This document shows, in pieces, positions 49,825-63,600 of a stretch of DNA of 64,000 nt. The notes beneath the pieces are model-generated. The model saw only the letters and a program-made list of their open reading frames with translations, was not told the DNA's origin and did not search any database. Origin of the DNA: Dendrobates tinctorius. Its lineage: Eukaryota. Position numbers and translations under genes: made by a program. The DNA is taken from contig NW_027361797.1 in the NCBI RefSeq assembly GCF_039654945.1, forward strand, positions 4,464,001 to 4,528,000, in the 5' to 3' direction. Each line of letters opens with the position of its first letter. Positions within the stretch are counted from its first letter, which is position 1.

Positions 49825-52431
49825 TAAGCCCTTCACCACTGGGACATTTTCCATTTTTCATTTTTGTTTTTTCTTCCCCTTCTTCCAAGAGTCATAATTT
49901 AAAAAAAAATTTCCAGCCATATAGCCATATGAGGGCTTGCTTTTTATGCTACCAATTGAGATGGGTAAACCCAAACAGTAAAATTTGGTGTCCATACCGA
50001 ACATCTAGTGTTCAGGCACAGACATCGAACAAGTACTTCACCAGAAAGTCTGTGTTACTGTTTGGGTCCAGCTGCCCAAACATTGGGTCTTTGTCTTGCA
50101 TCTGTATGACAGCACAGCAAACACCACTTCTGATTGGTGGTAAAACCATCACTGCCCGTCAGACAGCTTCACTCTGTCAAAATACAGCATGAGCTCACAG
50201 CTGTGATCAGTGGTATAAAGTTTACCTCCTGTCATTGGTGTCGGTTGATAGGATTACAGCTCCCCACAGCTGATGCCTGCTGCCACTAATAATAGTGAAT
50301 GCAGGAGCAGCTGATGTGAGTATTCATCAGCTGGCTCCTGTACTGTACATAAATAAATTTAAAAAAAACAGCATGGGTTCCCCTGTATTTTTGATAACCA
50401 GCCAGGCAAAACTCACAGCTGGGGGCTGCAACCCTCAGCTGTCAGCTTCTGCAAGTCTGGTTATTAAGAATAGAGGGGTCCCCATGCTGTATATTTTAAT
50501 TGTTTAAATTAAATAAATAATTTAAAAAAATGGTCTTTTGTACCCCCATTTTTGAAAACCAGCTTTCCTAAAGCAGGCAGCTGGAAGCTGGTATTCTCAA
50601 GCTGGTAAGGGGCCATGGATATTGCCCCCAGCCTAAATATAGCAGCCCACTAATTTAAAAAAAAACAGCATGGGGTTCCCTCATTTTTGACAACCCCACT
50701 TGCCACTGCTACAGGTCAAGTGGAAAGATCTGGGCAAAGCTCCAGAATCAGCACATCTTTTGTGGGAAGCTGCAGGCTGCTTTGGGGGTGACCCCATGCC
50801 TAGTTTTTTATTTATATAATTAAAAAATACAGCATGAGGACCCCTCTATTTTTGATAACCAGCCTTTCTGAAGCTGACAGCTGAGGGTTGCAGCCACCAG
50901 CTGTGAGTTTTACCTGAATGGTTATCAAAATTACAGGGGAACCTATGCTGTTTTTTATTTAAATTTTTTTTTTACAGCGCAGGAGCTGGCTGATAAATAC
51001 TCTCATCAGCTGCTCCTGCTCTCATAGTTATTATTGGCGGCCGGTGTTGGCTGATGGAAGCAGTAATCCCATTAGCTGACACCAGTGACCAGAGGTAAAT
51101 TTTACACCTCTGATTACAGCTGTGTGCTCATGCTGTCATTTGACAGCATGGGAACTGTGGCTGCCTCTCCAGCGATAATGATTTTACCGCCAATTAGAAG
51201 CGGTGTTTGCAGCTCTGTCATGCCCATGACAGCATGGCAAACATTGAATGTTCGGGCTCCCATTCAAATGAATGGGGTCCAAGTTCATGTTTGGGTCCGA
51301 GTACTGTTCTGGTACCTGAACACGGAGTTTTTTAATCCTCCAGATCAGAACATCCAGGTGTCTGCCCATCTATAGTTACCAATTGTATTTTTAAATGGCA
51401 CCATTCATTCTGCCACACAGTGTAATGGAAAAGGGGGAAAAAATTCCAGGTGCGGTAAAATTGCCAAAAAATTGCAATTCAACCATATTTGGGTTTTTTC
51501 ATTCACCATGTTCAACATATGGTAAAATTGACCTGCCAATATGATTCCCCAGGTCAGTGCAAGTACAGAAATACCAGACATGTATAGTTTTTTTTATTTA
51601 GGTACTGTAAAAAATTCAGAAATTTGTCAAAAAAAATTCTGTTTTTGTCATCTTTTTCTGATACAGGTAAAACATTCTAATCTTTTTTATCTAGGGATGT
51701 GTGATGGCTTATTTTTTTGCGCTCTGAGCTGATGTTTTTACTGATTTACTATTTTGGGGTAAATATGTATTGATCACTTATTATTGTATTTTATTGCAAT
51801 GTTGTGGCAATAAAATATCTGTATTTCTGGTGTATTGATTTTTTCCTTGTTTACCAATTGCACTAATTTATTTTATATTTTATTAGATCGGTCATTCCTG
51901 AACGTGATGTTTCCAAATATGTGTATTTTTTAAATTGTTTTATTTTTATTGGGGCAAAAGGGGGATAATATGAACTTTTGTGTTTTTTTTATTTTCTTTA
52001 TATTAACTTTTTTTTCACTTTTAACTGTGTTTAATAATCCCCTTGAGGCTTGAAGCTTCTATACATAGCAATATATGAAGCATAGCATTTCAGCACAGCT
52101 ATGTATAGCAGAATTCACAATCTCCACAGTGTCCCCACACGAGGATCATGATGACAGGCTCAAGGATCTTCAGCATATCCCCGGCTGTCATGACAAAACA
52201 TTGGCACCCCATGATCACGTTATGAGTGCGCTGATGGGTGGGATCAATTACGCACTTCCTATCGGCAATTGTCAGTGATTGAGAGTGGCATTTAACTGGT
52301 TAACACCTGCGGGTGGCTCCCCGATCACTTGTGGCTGTTAGAAGAACTTTTTGTCTGGGGAAAGATGTGGTGCTCAGCGCAGGGACATGGCTGATGACGT
52401 TCATGTATGTTTATGGTTGTGAAGCAGTTAA
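49825..52431. mobile_element. TTAA (piggyBac-type) non-autonomous element
   Basis: Ends are taagcccttcac ... gtgaagcagttaa. Related to 5317-8063. Confidence 0.45.
49956..51374. mobile_element. Non-autonomous hAT with internal inverted repeats, nested in the TTAA element
   Basis: Degenerate TIR agatggg/cccatct. The 8-bp TSD is gctaccaa/gttaccaa. Inverted arms lie at ~50140-50510 and ~50820-51180. Confidence 0.6.
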
Positions 52432-52696
52432 CAGCTCATTTATATTTAAAAAATGTAATTTTCTCAGTAATAAGACGTTGGATCGCAGATATTTATGAAT
52501 CATTTTATTGAACTTTCTAGATCCTGCATGGCCATATAGATAGCTTGATAGAGTTGTTCCTGCTGAAATATTATCTTCAATATTTGTCTTATTATCTAAA
52601 AGATATTAATCATTTATTTGAATTTTCTATGGCTGTTTTCACAATATAAACATACAGTATATAAGGCAACCATTAAATTTGTACCCTCATAAACAT

Positions 52697-53234
52697 AAGT
52701 TGAGGATCCAAGAAAAGCACTTCTGAGCATCCGCGCTGCTTTAGTGATAAGAATTCTTCAGAAATCCATATAAATCTTTCAAGTTCTTTAATATATGTAC
52801 TACAGAAAATACGCGTTTCGAGGTGACAAACCGCACCTCTTCTTCAGGTTACAGTACAGAGTTGTGATCGGTCTATACAAATGACAGCTTTATATGCTGT
52901 GTGGGCGTAACCCCCCGTTGTGAGAAAAAAAAGCTTATTTTCTTTAGTACATATAATAAAGAACTTGAAAGATTTATATGGATTTCTGAAGAATTCTTAT
53001 CACTAAAGCAGCGCGGATGCTCAGAAGTGCTTTCCTGGATCCTCAACTTATGATACCTAGTGGACGCTGTCCACCTGCACGAGCTCTGCAGCAGCTATAT
53101 GACTGCAACAAACGTTGAGAGTGGTTGTATCTGAACACAACCCATAAAGGGTGAGTACTCCAGAGTACTTTTATATTTTATTTGATTTATACCAGGTGAA
53201 GCCCTATGTCTGCGCCCCCGCCCTTGTTTTCTCT
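52697..53234. mobile_element. Mini Penelope-like insertion with hammerhead
   Basis: 15-bp TSD taccctcataaacat at 52682-96 and 53235-49. A ~95-bp inverted repeat lies at 52694-52790 / 52957-53052. Confidence 0.78.
52796..52858 (-). ncRNA. Minimal hammerhead ribozyme motif
   Basis: CTGAAGA-a-GAGGTG/CACCTC-GAAACGCGTA, with the palindrome ACGCGT and a GTA triplet. Proximal stem I is weak. Confidence 0.62.
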
Positions 53235-53448
53235 TACCCTCATAAACATGTAATTTTTAGGAATTGTCCGAATTCCCAGAAGCAACGCTTCATTGTGTTC
53301 AACCCATGAGAGCATTTCCTACGGTGGCATATAATGTCAATAGCTCATCTAAGTTTCTTATTTGCCTCTACCTCAGCTTTAAGAGCAAATGTGAAATAAA
53401 TTCTGTTTGCTATAATTAGGCAGCCACTTCTTTGAAGAAACAAGGAAT

Positions 53449-53846
53449 AAGGGTCCTGTTACATTTAGCGATGCACCAGCGATCCCGACAATGATAGGAC
53501 CCGGTCAGGATTGCTGGTGCATTGCTAAATGATCGCTAGTGAGCTGCCACACAGGCAGATCTCACCAGCGACGCAGTAGCAATCCAGCGATGCTCGACAG
53601 TTGTTCTTACCTGTCACACGGCAGCGATGATGATGACTTCCACCTGCATACATGCGTCGCTAGTCGGCGCCAGCAGGACGCCAACGAGGAGAAAATGGCA
53701 CTGGGCCTTCATGCGCGATCAGCGATATCCAGCAGGGGGGGCGGTCGGAGGTAAGTGTCACAAGTAGCGAGATCACTGTTGCGTCACAAAATCGGTGATG
53801 CTTTAGCGATATCGCCAGCGATATCGCTATGTGTAAAGTCCCCTTA
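53449..53846. mobile_element. MITE (PIF/Harbinger-like)
   Basis: taagggtcctgttacatttagcgat ... atcgctatgtgtaaagtccccttaa. Confidence 0.6.
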
Positions 53847-54889
53847 AGAACTGACCTGTCTATCAACTTAAAATAGTTACATTTAGAAAATAAATTAGAG
53901 ACTAGTCACAACTGTGTTGACTTTGTCATCAGGTGATTTCATTTGAACCATTCTGGTACACTGAACAAAAACTGTAGTGATGCACAGAGGGCTATATTTT
54001 TCAAAGCTATGATGGACTCCTCGGCAGAGCCTGACTTTCCTTGTTATAAATTAATGGGGGTCCATTGAACAGTAGTTGATTTAGGTGATACAGAAATTTT
54101 GAGTTAATAGTGGGATCACCCACTTGGAAGCCTAATCTATTAGCCACAGTGGAATATGGTTTCTACCAGCATATTAAAAAAACAACCTATTATTATTAGT
54201 GGCAAAAATATAATATCCAATTTCCCTGTGTTGGAATTAAACTGAATGCAATGCACTAAAAAGTTAGTGGACTTCTTGACAATTCTCCTCTAATATCTTT
54301 TAATTTTGTCTTTGGCGCATCAGCAACAGTATTAAGAATATAATGACTGCAGACTGCTGTCCAAAATTCAAGTTAAGCACTCATTAATGTGCCATTTGAA
54401 CCCTCTCTATCCCATTAGAGATTTGCGCTGAATAGAACAGTATGTTTGAACCCAAATTGATCTTATTTAGGTTGATTTGTGAATGCTTGCCAAATAAACT
54501 GACTATCAATTAATGGTCAAATGACCTAAACTTCAAAACACCCTAAAGGCATTTCAAAAGTTTTATTCTCATTATGATTTTTGTAAACTTTTTACTAGTT
54601 TTAAAAACCTTCAAGTGCCTTGACATTACTTGGAATTACTATTCTAAACATTTAAACATTTCAACCAAATGAAAAATAATAGGTGTACAAATATATCCAC
54701 TTGTGAATATTTGGAACATATTTGCTGATACTGCATTTTCATTTTGCACATACTATGGAAATTTGCTAATATTCTAAAATCATATTTTTGTATACAAAGA
54801 AAAAACAGGAAAAGAGACATTAAAAGTTGGCTTCGCCTGACTCAGCTCTTTTTAATGGGGTGTAATTGATTTATCTACAAAGGATCAGA

Positions 54890-55813
54890 CATATTCTATC
54901 CTCCTTATCCTGATTTTGGGGGAAAATTGGGGTGTCTTATAATGCGTACATACCTTACTGGTACCGTTGCCGCAGGTTGCAGACTGGGAAGAGGGGGTGT
55001 CTGGCGGTGTTGCAGGTGCCCGGTGGTGCTGCCGGGGTTTCCGATGCTGGCGGATCTCTGCCAACATTTTGTGAAAGGCCAGAACCCCAGAAGTTCCATG
55101 GTTTCCTGTGCGGTGGACTCAGGGAAAATGGCTGCAGGAGGTGGAGCATGCGCAGATGGAGATTTTGGCACCAAGATCTTGGGAGATGAGATCTCAGTGC
55201 TGAAATCTCACCTCCCAAGATCTTGGTGCCGAGATCTCCATTTGCGCATACGCTACCCCAGGTGGCCATTTTCCCGGGGTCCAGAACATAGGAAACTATG
55301 GCAATGCTGGGGCTCTGGCCTTTCTCAAAATGTCAGCAGAGCCCGGCAGCACCGGAGACCCCCGTAGCACCACAACGCACCCACAGTGCCAGAGACACCT
55401 GCAGCAGCATCGGGCAGCACCGCCGGACACCCCCGAAGCACCGCCGGGCACCTACATCACAGGAGACTCCCATAGCAGCATCAGGCAGCAGCGCCGGACA
55501 CATACAGCAGTGCCAGACACTTGCAGCAACACCAGACACACATGGCAGCACCAGACACCCGCAGCGGTGTGCCGCACATCGGAACACCCCCTCTTCCCAT
55601 TCTGCAGCCTGCTGCATCACCCCACTCCTGCCTTCTCAAGCAGCGACCCTGGGACCCCTTTTCACCACAGCCACCAACCCCGGTAAGCAATAAGACGCAT
55701 GGATTAGAAGAAGCACCACCATTTTATTAAAAAAAAATGTTTTCCTATTTTTCTCCTCAAAATTTGCGGTGCATCTTATAATCCGGAGCGTTTTATAATC
55801 TGAAAAATACGGT
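54890..55813. mobile_element. pogo/Mariner-type non-autonomous element with an internal palindrome
   Basis: The right end is tataatctgaaaaatacggt. An imperfect palindrome at ~55030-55360 is centred near 55197. Confidence 0.55.
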
Positions 55814-56838
55814 TTCTGGGAATATAGACAAAATGAGCAATTGTAAGTACATAATGCTATATAATATGATGATTGCAATATATTAAGAGGATAGAAACTT
55901 TGATTTGAGTGCTTTTTTAATGGCTTCTGCTGAGTACTCCACTCTGTCTCCAATTTACTCTAATTCACCTGAATGGGAGATAACCCACAATCCTCAGTAA
56001 TAGCTACTAAGCAAGGTACAAGACTGCTGTGTTCCACTCAATACATTATTTAGTACTGGCTACTACTGGAGCATTTTTCAGTTGATATCTGGGACTCCCA
56101 TTGATCTCCTATTTATGACCTATTGCATGAATCAAAAGTTCATTCCTAGACACCCTCTTCATGATTAGCCATTCTATTTTGACTTCTACATTTTTTTTAC
56201 TTGCTCTGTCAATATCTTGCATTATTTTCTTTTGCTAATTCACATACAGTATGTCACATTTAGCTACAGTATATCATGCTGTGTTTACATAGTATTGTTC
56301 CGATATTTCTACAAAAGCAAAATAATATAAAGTGAAACAGGACAAAACAAAATAAATATTAGCTGTAATTAAAGGCCTAACTTTTATTGCAATCTACACA
56401 AACATTATACACAGAATTAGCATAACTAAACAATCAGTTAAGTGCACTAATAAAACATTACATTGGGAGTTATTGTGAGACCCTAATTTGTTTAATGGAG
56501 AACAGAATTCATTAGCAACAATAGAAAAGCTCAAGCTCTGCTTATGGTTGCAAAATAAACTTGCCAACATTTCTGTGTCTTCTATATGAGCAGCATTGCA
56601 GTAAGCCGCTATAAACACAAAGGTATGCAATGCATAAACACATTTTTGTGCCATCTATTACTTTTGCAGAAGCATTCAGCTGTGCTATAAAATTACATTT
56701 TAACACTATCTAAGATGAAGATTAGCATAAGAACAGGTGGATAAAATCATTAAGATTGGCATCGCGAGCACCAATCTTAATGAACAGGCATACTGGAGTA
56801 CAATGCGCCCAAATTTTTAGGAGGCGGACACCACTTAG

Positions 56839-57174
56839 GCTAGGGTCATACTGCGTTAAAGCAGCCCATTCAATGCATAGCATTAACGGACTGCATTAAC
56901 GCTATAGCATAACGCGATTGCGTTATGCTATACCGCTAGCGCAGATGATTCATCTGCGCTAGCGTTGATGGACCCTCGCACGCTGCAGCCCATGTCCGAG
57001 GCTCCGTCACTGAATAACGGCACATCGCGAGCGCATGCCGATTATGGCATGCGTTGGCAATGCACCTGACAATGGCAGTTAATGGCAGCGTTAACGGACT
57101 GCGTTACACCGCTTTATGCTGCGGTGTAACGCAGTCCGTCTAATGGACTGCCTGAATGCAGTGTGACCTCAACC
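56839..57174. mobile_element. MITE (PIF/Harbinger-like, TTA target)
   Basis: tta-ggctagggtcatactgc ... gcagtgtgacctcaacc-tta. Confidence 0.65.
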
Positions 57175-58166
57175 TTAGCGAATTAGGCACAGCTCTTAAG
57201 TAGCTGTCATCAGAAATATACTCCATTCCATTACTAAATTACGCCATTTTTAATTAATTTGACGGGCAAGCATAGCAACTTCTCATCCCGATCATGCTCC
57301 GACAAATCTATGCCCATCCTGTTGTCGCTGGGCGGGACTAGCACGAAAATACCACAAGTCAAAATATTTTTGTGCATCTTCTGAGTTTCTCAAAAGTATT
57401 GTGACTTCTAAGGTGTTTCACTCCAGAATTCTGGCATAAACATCTTAATGAATTGGCCTCTAGGTATCCAAAACTATCACAGTGGTTCATAAAAGATGAA
57501 AAATTTGGCATGTTCTTAGAATAGTGGTGAGTGAATCTGTCGCACTTCGATTCCAATAATCCACTTGAATTTGGCCAGGAAATTCAATTTGCATCCAATT
57601 TATTCATTGAGAATCGAAGGTTCATTATTATGCTCTGAGCTCACTACAAACATCAGAGAATAAAAAATATAATAAATGCAATAAAAATAAAAAACATATA
57701 CTCACCCATTCCTCAACAGTCCTGCCACATAGCCGTGCTCTAATCTGCTAATGATCTACAGTCTGATCACTATTGTAGTTTTCATTGGCATTTTGCAGTG
57801 CTCGGCATCTTCTATATATTACACTTCCTCATCTGTTGGCAAATAGAGCTTCAGAATTCCCCCAGACAGGAGTGGATAGCAGAGAAGGAATTCAGGTACT
57901 CTGATTATTTGTAAATAGTGTACAGAGCTTGACTGAGCAGCAGTTGAAAGCTGCTTCTAAAGAAGCATGAATGGGCCTTGTGAAACAGTTCCGCAGTATG
58001 GTGTTTGGGTGAATGGAAAGCAAAATAAGGCAAATAAGTATATTACAAAAATAAATAACTTTGCATTGCCTGGTACACAACTAAATAATTAAAAAAAGTT
58101 TAGCAACTCTTTAAATTAGTTTATGCTCTACCTGAATGGTTGCTCTCTGTAGCTGTAATGATTCTG

Positions 58167-58465
58167 TAAGGCTAGTTTCACACTAGCGTTTGGTAGAGCA
58201 GCGGAGAGCTGTGTAGTTCCTCCATTAAGCCCCGCCAACTGCCGCACCTCTTCCTTCAGCTCCTCCTACGTCGGCATGTGTACCCTATCTTTAACATTAG
58301 GTATGCAGGCCATGCGAATGTATGCGGATGCCTGCGCATGCGTCATTTTGACGCTTCGCCGAGCTGCGTCGAACACAACATGTTGCAGTTTGCTGCGGTC
58401 GGCGCAGCATCAAAACGACGCAAGCACAGGCATCCGCATACATTCGCAAGGCCTGCGTACCCATT
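58167..58465. mobile_element. MITE half, same family as 63600-64000
   Basis: taaggctagtttcacactagcgtt. Confidence 0.6.
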
Positions 58466-59035
58466 GTTTTATTTTGAAAGGGGCGAAAGGGGTGTGATTT
58501 GAACTTTTATGTTTATTTGTAAATATTTTTAAAAACTTTTTAAAAATTTTTGCACGTTTCAATAGTGTCCATGGGAGACTAGAAGCTGCAGTACTTTGCT
58601 TGCCTCTGCTACACAAAGACAATAATCAGATCGCTTGTGTGTAACAGAAATGCTCACTTGCTAAGAGCGCCGACCACTGCGGCAGACCTCTGTTTGTCAT
58701 GCCAACTCTGCTGTTGCGGGTACATGTCAACTGTATAGATCAGCTAACTGGATAGGTGCAGGCTCAAACCAAACAGGGGGAGCCAGAAATGTGTGTTCTA
58801 TTACACCACATGTCGGAAAGGCGTTAAGCTGTAGAATTCTTATCACCCCGCTTAGTAGGACGTGAACCTGATCTAAGTTATAAAAATGTAATTGTTTTTC
58901 TGTGTGTTTTTTTTTCAATAAAATGCTTTGGCACAGGTAAATCCATATAATTCTTGCAGACCGTACACTTCTGTTGCATACCAGCGTTACAGGAGTGCTA
59001 TCACCTACACCCCTTCTCCTTGCATATAAAGGTAC

Positions 59036-59967
59036 ATCTAATATATAAAGCTCAAAGTGTGTATGTATGTACAGTATGTGTGTATGTATGTGTATGTGTG
59101 TGTATGTGTGTGTATGTCCGGGATTGGCATCCGCACCGTCGCAGCTACAGCCACAAACTTTGGCACAGTCACACGTCTGGACCCCGAGAGCGTCCTAGGC
59201 TATGTTGTGAGGTGAAATTTTAACCCCGCGCGTTCCAATTCACCAAACAATTTGCCCCTGTCTACTTAATGGGGAAAAAGTTTGCGTGTCAAGCCCCGCC
59301 CCTCATTATGATGTCCTAATGCCCTATCTACATAATGGGGAAACAGTGTGTGCGTATCAAGCCCCGTCCCTAATTATGATGTCATAATGGTTGCCATGGC
59401 GATGCTGATGTCATCATAGGTTGCAAGCCCCGCCGCTCATTATGATGTCATAATGGTTGACTATGAGATGGAGGATGTGTGATGGGTATATGGGCACTGG
59501 AGTATGGGATGGAGGATATGTATGATGGGTATATGGGCACTGGACTATGGTATGGAGGATGTGTGATGGGTATATGGGCACTGGACTATGGGATGGAGGA
59601 TATGTATGACGGGTATATGGGCATGGGACTATGGGATGGCGGATATGTATGATGGGTATATGGGCATGGGACTATGAGATGAAGGATGTGTGATGGGTAT
59701 ATGGACACTCGACTATGGGATGGCGAATATGTATGATGGGTATATGGGCATGGGACTATGGGATGGAGGATGTGTGGTGGGTATATGGGCTCTCAACTAT
59801 GGGATGGAGGATATGTATGAGGGGTATATGGGCACGGGCCTTTGGGATCGTGGATATGTATGATGGGTATATGGGCACGGGACTATGGGATGGAGGATAA
59901 TTATAATTTGCAATAACTAACCACAGTTAGTTACTATGCCCGGGCAGTGCCGGGCTCTTCAGCTAGT
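59036..59967 (-). mobile_element. Complete Helentron/HINE-like element (copy 4) with ~10 copies of the 43-bp minisatellite
   Basis: Reverse complement of actagctgaagagcccggc ... gagctttatatattagat. Confidence 0.7.
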
Positions 59968-61050
59968 CCTTTATATAAAGGTACATCCTTTATGTCCCAC
60001 TATAGATCATCAGAGAGGCTAGCACTAATGGAATAGGAAGCTGATGAGTAGAGAAGATTGAAAAATTATTATTCGTTGAGATTGACTAATTTCCCCCCAA
60101 AACTTGATTTGCAGATAATCAATTAGCAACACATCTCAATATTAAAAAGCTTCTAATTGCCCACAAGACCTTTGCAACACATTGAGTTATACTAGGGCTG
60201 TATTGAACCTCTTTTGAGCTCTTTAACTAAAACACAGTCTTAGTAATGTCTAACTGACCTCAGCATATCTGGCTATAAGTAAATGTTTGGCAACTGATGT
60301 GTAGCCTAAAGCATAGGACACCTCACAGGCAGACTTATCTTTCTTATAAAATTGAAACAAATGTCCAAAATATATACCTATATTCTCAAGGACTTTTCTT
60401 TCATCAACACTGCTGAGGAATATATTGGAGCATTTCACAACTACTCATCCTGAGATAGAGGAGACCAGGATCGTCTGTACTTACTGCACAAAGTCTCTTG
60501 TCCCAGCTGTAAAATCCTGTAGGGAGTGTGAGAGCTCCCTATGTGATGGCCACATGACAGCCCGCAACAAGGGAAATATACTGAAAGCATTATCTTTAGA
60601 ATAATGTCTGTAAAGCGCTGTGGAATTAATGGCACAATATAAATTATTAACATAAATAAAAAATACAGCAGATACTGTATATACTGTAGAATAAATAGAT
60701 ATTTTGTAGATATATAATTTCACAAGCCCCCTACATATGATATACTTGCACCCTTTAGTGCTTTTTATGTGGCACTAAAGGGTTTTTAGCCTTATTTAAC
60801 CTAATAAATAATATAAATAATTTAAAAATATGACATGAGGCACCTCCTATTTTATGAGACCAGCAAAGTAAAGCACACAGCTATGAGTTGATATTATCAG
60901 GCTGGGAAGGTCCCTGGTTATTGGACCCTTCCCAGCCTAAATGCCATCTCTCGCTGCTACAGAAGTGGCACATCCCATTAGATGTGCCAATCATGGCGCC
61001 TTGCCTTCCTCTGCTTGATTGCCCTCGTGTGTTGTCAGTTGGGTAATGGG

Positions 61051-61790
61051 TAGTGTTGAGCGATACCACCCGATACTGAAAAATATCGTAACGGAATGGA
61101 TCTGCCGATCTAAAAAAAAGTATCGGGTATCGCCGATTCCGATCCCGGAAGTCCCATTCAAGTCAATGGGACAGAAATATCGGAATTGAAAAAACCCCTC
61201 TCTTGCCTTGTACAGCCTGTTCAGGAGGGGGAAGAGTGTGGGCGGTCACTGTGCGTGTTTGTGTGTGCAGGTGGGGTCTGTACGGGCTTCTCGGTGGTCT
61301 GTACGGGCCTCTCGGGGGCCTGTGCCAGCCTGTCGGGGGCCTGTGCGGCTGTCGGTGGTCTGTATGGGCCTCTCGGGGGCCTGTGCCGGCCTGCCGGGGG
61401 CCTGTTCTGGCTGACGGTGGTCTGTATGGGCCTCTCGGGGGCCTGTGCCGGCCTGCCGGGGGCCTGTGCCGGCTGCCGGTGGTCTGTATGGGCCTGTCGG
61501 GGGCCTGTGCGGCTGTTGGTAGTCTGCATGGGCCTCTCAGGGGCCTGTGCCGGCCTGCCGGGGGCCTGTGCCGGCTGCCAGTGGTCTGCATGGGCCTCTC
61601 GGGGGCCTGTGCCGGCTGTCGGCGGTCTGTACGGGCCTGCCGGGGGTCTTGTGTGTGTGCAGGCATCGTCCGATGGGACTACAAGTCCCATCGGGCGATG
61701 CCTGCTACACTGACAGTGATTGACACATTAGCCAATGATGGGACAGTAGTAGTCCCATCATCCAGCTAATGTGTTGAATGTAAAAAAAAA
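61051..61790. mobile_element. Non-autonomous hAT left part with a GC-rich minisatellite (61270-61650)
   Basis: The TIR-like tagtgttgagcga resembles tagagttgagcga of the large hAT. It has ccgat subterminal repeats and ggggcctgtgccggc units. Confidence 0.6.
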
Positions 61791-62695
61791 AACATACTAC
61801 ATACATACTACATATATACATACTACATACTTACTACATACATACTACATATATACATACTACATACATACTACATACATGCTACATATATACATACTAC
61901 ATACATACTACATATATACATACTACATACATACTACATATATACTACATACATACTACATACATACTACATATATACATACTACATACATACTACATAT
62001 ATACATACTACATACATATTACATATATACATACTACATACATACTACATATATACATACTACATATATACATACTACATACATACTACATATATACATA
62101 CTACATACATACTACATATATACATACTACATACATACTACATATATACTACATTCATACAACATACATATAAACTACATACATACAACATACATACTAC
62201 ATATATACATACTACATACATGCTACATACATACTACATATATACAACATTCATACAGCATACATACATACATGCTACATATATACAGCATACATATATA
62301 CTACATACTACATACATGCTACATATATACTACATTCATACAAAATACATATATACTACATACATGCTACATATATGCTACATTCATACAACATACATAT
62401 ATACTACATACTACATGCATGCTACATATATACTACATTCATACAACATACATACATACTACATACTACATACATGCTTCATATATACTACATTCATACA
62501 ACATACATACTACATACAACATACATACATACTACATTCATACAACACACATACTACATACAACATACATACATAGTACATACATACTACATACATACTA
62601 CATATATACTACATTCATACAACATACATATATACTACATACATGCTACATATATGCTACATTTATACAACATACATATATACTACATACATACA
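61791..62695. repeat. (TACA/TACATAC)n simple repeat
   Basis: Direct inspection. Confidence 0.95.
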
Positions 62696-63600
62696 TAGTG
62701 TTCCAAATTATTATGCAAATGATATTTTTCTATGATTTTCCTAAATAGTCAGTACAAATGACAGTCAGTCTAATAAAAGTCATCACCAGTTAAAGTATAC
62801 ATCGAATATTATTGCAGAAACCTCCCAATGATAGCAGTATAATCTCCAAAATGAATAAAAACTCAAATTGCACTGTTCCAAATTATTATGCACAGTAGAA
62901 TTTCTAAACATTTGATCTGTTTTAAAAAACTGAAAATGTTCATTTGTGGAATTTGCAGCATTAGGAGGTCACATTCACTGAACAAAAAAGCTATTTAACT
63001 CCAAAACATCCTAACAGGCCAAGTTACATGCTATCATAGGAACCCTTCTGTGACATCACCTTTACAATTCTTGCATCTATTGAACTTGGGAGTTTTTGGA
63101 GAGTTTCTGATTGGATTTCTTTGCATGAAGTCGGAATAGCCTCCCAGAACTGCTGTTTTGATGTGAACTGCCTCCCTCATAGATCTTTTGCTTGATGATA
63201 CTCCAAAGGTTCTCTACAGGGTTGAGGTCAGGAGAAGATGGTGGCCACACCATGAATTTATCTCCTTTTATGACTATAGCAGTCAATGACTCAGAGGTAT
63301 TCTTTGCAGCATGAGATGGTGCATTGTCATGCATGAAGAGGATTTTGCTCCTGAAGGCACATTTCTGCTTTTTATACCATGGAAGACAGCTGTCAGTCAG
63401 AAACTCTATATACAGTACTTGGCAGAGGTCATTTTCACACCTTCAGGAACCTTAAAGGGCCCCATCAGCTGTTTCCCCATGATTCCGGCCCAAAACATGA
63501 CTCCTCATCCTCCTTGCTGAAGTCGCAGCCTTGTTGGGACATAGTGGCCATCCACCAACCATCCATCTGGACCATCCAGGGTTGCTCGACACTCATCAGT
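62696..63600 (-). mobile_element. Tc1-like DD37E (TRT-type) transposon, 3' part, degenerate
   Basis: HDNAPSH...SPDLNPVE has 37 residues between D and E. The terminal motif tgttccaaattattatgca is repeated at ~62699 and ~62874. Confidence 0.75.

Noticed and set aside
54885-55730. Cluster of overlapping GC-rich ORFs
   Set aside because: They come from the palindromic and repetitive interior of a non-autonomous transposon and show no domain motifs.
60250-60530. Possible host exons on the minus strand (gag|gtcagt and gca|gtaagt donors)
   Set aside because: No recognisable protein and no consistent frame or acceptor. It cannot be excluded without RNA-seq.
61163-62748. Long low-complexity ORFs (up to 325 aa)
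   Set aside because: They arise from the GC minisatellite and the TACA simple repeat.
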